Shown in pieces: positions 58,536 to 64,000 of a DNA stretch of 64,000 nt (its first letter is position 1; the number at the start of each line of letters is the position of its first letter). The stretch lies in contig CM119264.1 of assembly GCA_051294375.1 (NCBI GenBank), positions 4,615,352 through 4,679,351 on the forward strand, read 5' to 3'. The notes under the pieces are model-generated. The model was given only the letters and a program-made list of their open reading frames with translations. It made no database searches and had not been told where the DNA came from. The position numbers and the translations under genes are program-made. This stretch comes from Paraspadella gotoi. Taxonomy: Eukaryota > Animalia > Chaetognatha.

Positions 58536-58969
58536 CGACGACGACGACGTCAAGAGTTAAAAGGGAGGAAACTAAAAACTCCCCTCGCTAATCCGGATAC
58601 TTTAAAGTCAATAATCCGAAACGATTTTTTTTTTCTTTTTGCTTCAGTTTTTATCATATTTTACTTTATAATTTATTGTCGGTATTCAACATAAGTTCCT
58701 TGTGACAAAACTGGACAATATTCTACTGTAATGTACAAATCGAAATTGGTTTTAAATTCAAGTTACGTAATTAGCCCTCGTCTTGTAATGATCGTAATTG
58801 ATCGACGAGTTGACAATCTTCTTAAGTAATTCTTTAAAAAAAACTGTGTGGTCATGACTCAAAACTGAGATCGGCGGAATTGAAAGAGTGGCATCAGGGG
58901 AGTGACAAGTGTGTGTCACGGACGTAGCAGCGCCTTTCTCACTTCCGCCGCTTCTTCCGTCTTCCCGTC

Positions 58970-60380
58970 ATGGGACCGAATTTGCGAACTTTCGTAGTGA
59001 CGGTTCTATGGATCATCTTCGTCCTCACCTGCGCCGGGATCATTCAGGTGAGGTCGAATAGGGTTAGAGATTAAATTAGATATTAGGGTTAATGATTTGG
59101 CTTGAATATTTGGGTTCAAATTATTATCAAGGATTAGGAACAGAAACGTCACTATTGTATTATTATAATACTATTTAGTAATAGTATATTTTATGTTAAT
59201 ATTTATCTAATTTTAATATAGTATCTCGAAGACACCGAAGATCGAAACCTTCGTCAAGAATTCTCCACGGCCTTCGAGAAGTTCTTGGCCGAAGTCAATG
59301 GCGCCCATCAGCCGGGCGCCGCTCCGCCCGGCGCTCCCCAGCCAGGAGTCTGTCTCTCCAGCGATAAACTGATGGAGTTTGTCAAATCGATCGAACTTCC
59401 CATCACGAGAGGATATTTAGCGAATACCAGGTTTGCTTGGTAGAGAGAGGGGTGAGCAAATTGGTAAGCTTGTTTGGGAGAGGCTAGAGAGCGAAGCTTG
59501 GTTGGATGAAAGGGAAGAGCAAAAGGCGAAGCTTGCTTGGAAGACCAAAAGGGGAAGCTTGCTTGTAAGAGAGGGAGGAGCAAAAGACTAAGCGTTTTTA
59601 TGAGCGAAGGAAGTGCTTGAAAGAAGAGAAATATAGAACTGAGCTTTCCAATGGAGTAAAAATTTCCTTTTTTGATCTTTTCTTGCCACGAGGAAGAAAG
59701 GAAAAATCTTTTAATTAAATTGGTAAACCAATATAAAAATTATCCATTCATTTAATAAATAAGCTATCTTGCCCCTGACTTTAGACAGGCTTTGGTGGTT
59801 TTAATGAGTTAATTTATTGAGAACGTCACAATATTTCGAAGGCTTCTGCCTTCATCAAAAGTACAAATATATATTTTTCTCATGGCAAGAAAATCTTGCC
59901 AGAATGAATTCATTGAAAAACTACGTAAAAACTTCATCTTGTTTGTATCTAGCGAAATGTCGCGCTTTCTAAAAAAGAACTAAAAGAGATTTGCTTTAAG
60001 TAATGATATGCGGGTAGCCTGGGATGATTTTGTTCAACGGAGAGATTTTCTTTAAAAGTTAGCGATTCAAGTTAAACCAGCTTTGAGTCTAACTAGTAGG
60101 TTAGGCCTTTCAAGTTAGAAAATCCGACAAAAACTAACCGTTAATCACCGGTTTCATTGTCATTTCGTCATCGCAACGCTATCATTAGGTATCATTACTG
60201 AACAGTTAGGAATTAAGTTTGGTTTCTAAAAACTGACTCTTGTAAATGTGCGAGACTTACCGCTTCTTTCAGAGCAGATTTTAGCAGTAAATAACCACTT
60301 TTTTTGCTCCGGCTCAAATATAATTCTCAACCTGAAGAGAGAGAACAAACAATGAGCCTTTGGCTTCGGTTGCTCTCTCT

Positions 60381-60451
<71 letters not shown>

Positions 60452-63119
60452 AAAAAGAGAGAATAAATATACTTTTATCGCGATTGGAATCGAGTTTCAC
60501 TCTGGGGAAAAAATGACATTCGCGGGCGTGAACTTTAATTTGCAGACATGTTTGCATTTTAAATTAAAGTTGAACTTGAACGTTTACGATGAGGATAATG
60601 ACGATTATTTCTTGTCGTTGTAGATAATGGCCATTTGGCCATGATCATTATAATGTAGCGATAATGATGTCGAAGAAGAAGCTGATAATAATGACGATGA
60701 TGAATATGATGTCTAACGATGACCAATGAAGACGATTCCACATCCCCGGCCCCCTCCACAGATTCTCTTTCCTCAACGCCACCTTCCCCGGCGCTCGCCC
60801 GCTCTACACGGTGGGACTTTGACAATTCTCTCTTCTTCATCTGCGCCCTCGTGGCACGACGAGTGAAAGATGGTTCTATATCGAGTTCGGGCAAGGTTTC
60901 TCCGTCGCCGTCGTCGTGTCGTCGGCGTCCCTTTCACCATCCTCCTCTTCTCCGTGTGGATCGAGCGGCTGCTTCACTTGACGACGGTTGGAGGAAGAGA
61001 TGACGTGGCGCTGAGGAGGAGGGGATGTCGGCCGTCGCCTCCAAGGTTTGCGACGCGAGGGGGGGAGGGAAGGATATTTATATGCGCACCTAGGAATAAC
61101 TCTTTTTACTATTACATAATGCAAATTGCACATTTAGTATTGACAGACGTTTCTACTGTTTTACATCTACAGCGTTTTTTTTTTGAAAAGCGTGGTTGTA
61201 AGTTAACATGGTCATAAATAATTGTTGCAACAAATTTAATCTTAAGACACTATCGAAGTTTCTCGTGAGCAAAAACTTGATAGGGCTGGAGCCAGAATTT
61301 TGTTTCAACTAGAAAGAGAGTTTAAGGGGACGATGCGAGCGGAGGCGAAAGAGAGATGACAACTCCGTGCTGAGAAACGAGTGGATTCGTTTTCGGCTTC
61401 TATACGTTATAATATTACAGTTTAATTTTACTCAAGGTTTTTTATGAGAGAATTATAGTCTACATTCTAGCATGGGCACATCATGTCACATGTGTAGTTG
61501 ATCTTTGTCGCGATGTATGTGTTGCAGTTGAGTTTGATCAAATCCGCGTATTTTCGCCTAAGGATTATACGATGCATAAAAGTTTGAAATATACATCTCT
61601 CTATATCGGCATCGAGCTTTCGTCGCCGCTTAATTAAAGCGAGTAGGGTAGTCCGAGAAATTTGCTATTATGATCCCTTCTCGACCGTCCCTCAGCGGAA
61701 AAATTCATGCAAATGGAAATATGCAATTTTCTTATCGACCTAGCATTTACGCCGCTTGCATATCTTATTCACGTTCGGGAATACGATACTCGTGCAGAAC
61801 CAGCATATTTGATATCGTAGTTATTATCAATGACGATGAAAATATGAAATTCATTTTTTCATCTTTCTTGCTTTGATTATTATTTTCATATTTCGATTTT
61901 TAATCTCTGTTTGAATTTATTCTTATTTGAAATGTAACTTTTAAGATTAGACATTAAGCGCAGATTTTATGGAAGAAAGTAGTGACGAAATGGCAAAGCA
62001 TTAACTACGCGTAAACGAAGCTAACGTGAACTTGATTCAAGGAAATGTTATCTCTCTCTCTCTTCTCTCATTCTCTCATCTCTCTCTTCTCTCTCTCTCA
62101 ATCTCTCTCTCCTCTCTCTTCTCATTCTCTCTACTCTCCTCTACAAATCATATCCCCCACTCGTTACATTCTTACCCTTTATTCTCTCTCCCCCTGATTC
62201 TACCTCACAACCCCTCCTCCCTCTTTCCCACCTCTCCCCCTCTCTCCTCCCCCTCTCTCATCAGAGCGACGCATCCTCTCCATCATCTGTCGTCGCCGTC
62301 GTCGTCTCGTCGTCGCTCCCCGCTCTTCTCATTCACCGCCTGTTGAGACTGGATCTGGTCCATCACTCACCAACAATCTATTACTAAGCGTCACTTACCT
62401 CGCGGACGGCGGGGCTTGGGAGACTTCGTCCCTACCAAAGGTGAAGGAATGATGATGGAGATGATGTGTGATGAGTGGTGCATTGATGAAGATGAAGATG
62501 ATGAGTGATGATGATGATGATGTGATAGATGATTAGAGATAGGATGTGTACATATGATTGATATTACATGATTTTATAGTCACCGAGTGATGATCGAATG
62601 AAATTGATATATGACACATGTGTCAAATGTTCGATGCATTATACAGTGATGATGAAGATTATGGGCGACGACAACGAAGACATCGATGCGAGGATAGATG
62701 ATAATTGATAGATTATGATAATCCATGCATGAATACGATGATGTCGTTAATGAAAAAAGTCGACAGATCAATGATAATGAAGTAACGTGATAATGATAAA
62801 CCCAAACAACGCCATCTTCCTCTTCTCAGGCTCAACGTGCTACGAACGTCGCTCTATCAATCGTCGTCGCCGTTTTACACTGTCAACGGCCGTCATGCTG
62901 ACGATGTTCGTCCTCGCTAATTTCTTCGAGGTCTTCGAGATGGGAGGCGTCGACGACGAGACGACACGGACGAACGGACGAACGGAAGACCGCTTCAAAA
63001 AGTCGCGGCGACGAGCGGGGCGGCGGCTGCTGAGCCCGCCGCGGTCCAATGTGATCGTCCGGAAGATTCGACTCTCAAAGCGAAGATCACGACTTTTATC
63101 TCACGTTCTATGGCCGTGA
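58970..63119 (+). CDS. Two-pore-domain potassium channel, TWIK (KCNK1/6/7)-like; later exons frame-corrupted
   Basis: Exons 58970-59047 (TM1), 59222-59430 (cap, GVCLSSDKL), 60762-60986 (NAT sequon, WDFDNSLFF, GVPFTILLF), ~62265-62440 (GLGDFVP second pore) and 62830-~63119 (MLTMFVLANFFEVFEM). Confidence 0.8.
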
Positions 63120-63664
63120 TTGATAAGGACGCGTTTGATAGAGAGGATGAGACGTGAGGGTGTGATTTGTGTTTTATGATAGGAGTTGGTGCAAGGAGGT
63201 TGTGATAGATATGAAGAATAGGCATGGTTGTGAATAGTAATGATGATAGTGATGGGGGTGCGAAAAGGCATGAAAAACTGCGCCGTCCCGGAGTCTGGAC
63301 CTTTCATCAGTTGACATGATACGGCCTGGAATAAACGTTAAAGCGTTGTCACTGCAACGCCTTATCGTTATCGCAACCTTATTCACAACCTTTGATGAGC
63401 GTCTGATATTTCTTACCCAATCGAACGTTTTAATTTGATTATCGTTTAATATATTAATCGCGCGAGAGAAGTTGAAAGTCTTAAATCACTTTTCAGTGAA
63501 GTCTACTCTAACTTTTCTGTTTTAAAACCCCAGTTTTTTTTTAGATATATAGAAATTTCTCACTGCATTACATTTTATACTTGCTCAAAATACAATGCCT
63601 TAAAACCTTTTATTTTTATGACGCGTCCTTTCGCAGAAACTTTTCAGAGTAGAGCTATGAGCTG

Positions 63665-63925
63665 TTTTTAGGTTGTGCGCGAGTTCTCGCTGAGCAACTT
63701 CCATAAGTCACTTTTCGGTGGTCTGCTCTAGTTCGGTCTTTATGTCTGGCCTGTCGGTCTGTCCCATAGTCACTGTTAAAATGCTCTATACTTTCATATA
63801 GTTGGCTTGCTCATTTGTTCACTGACAGGAAAAACACCTGAAATCGAAGGGATCTGCTTAGCGCCGCCTTCAGAAACCCTAAAACTATAAAGAAATAAAA
63901 GGCCAAATTTCGATTGCAAGCGGCA
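63665..63925 (+). mobile_element. DINE-1/HINE-like element, family B copy (noisy)
   Basis: GAGCAACTTCCATAAGTCACTTTTCGGT...TTGCTCATTTGTT...TAGCGCCGCCTTCAG shared with 45515-45755. Confidence 0.65.
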
Positions 63926-64000
63926 AAGAAAGTTTTTCTATGTTTTGTCATTTCTCCCCCTTTCCCCCCTCCCCCCCCTATGGGAAAAATTAAAGTCACC

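Overview
Intron-containing metazoan genomic DNA: AT-rich, very rich in microsatellites ((GA)n, (GAT)n, (AAAG)n), with GC-rich exons. It comes from a draft assembly in which several stretches look like uncorrected long-read fill (two 25-N gaps, indel-riddled duplicates). Genes recognised by motif from memory of the families: an XK-related exon (-), TMEM53 (-, 2 exons, plus a noisy duplicate), TEX49/SPMIP11-like exon 1 (-), TMEM117 (+, 6 exons, clean model) and a TWIK-type K2P channel (+, partly corrupted). There are also two or three orphan low-complexity gene models. Mobile DNA includes a ~1.9-kb LTR element with near-identical LTRs and only a BEL/Pao-type gag, two DINE-1/HINE-like non-autonomous families, a probable TIR element pair inside (CT)n, and tRNA-SINE-like islands. 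About 11 kb (9.2-20.5 kb) recurs at 24.6-36.1 kb, most likely as an assembly artefact. The most notable items are the gag-only LTR element, a triplicated TMEM117 5' splice site that forms a 3x GGGACTTTCC array, and two structured Pol III-like islands. No database searches were run, and most long six-frame ORFs are microsatellite artefacts.
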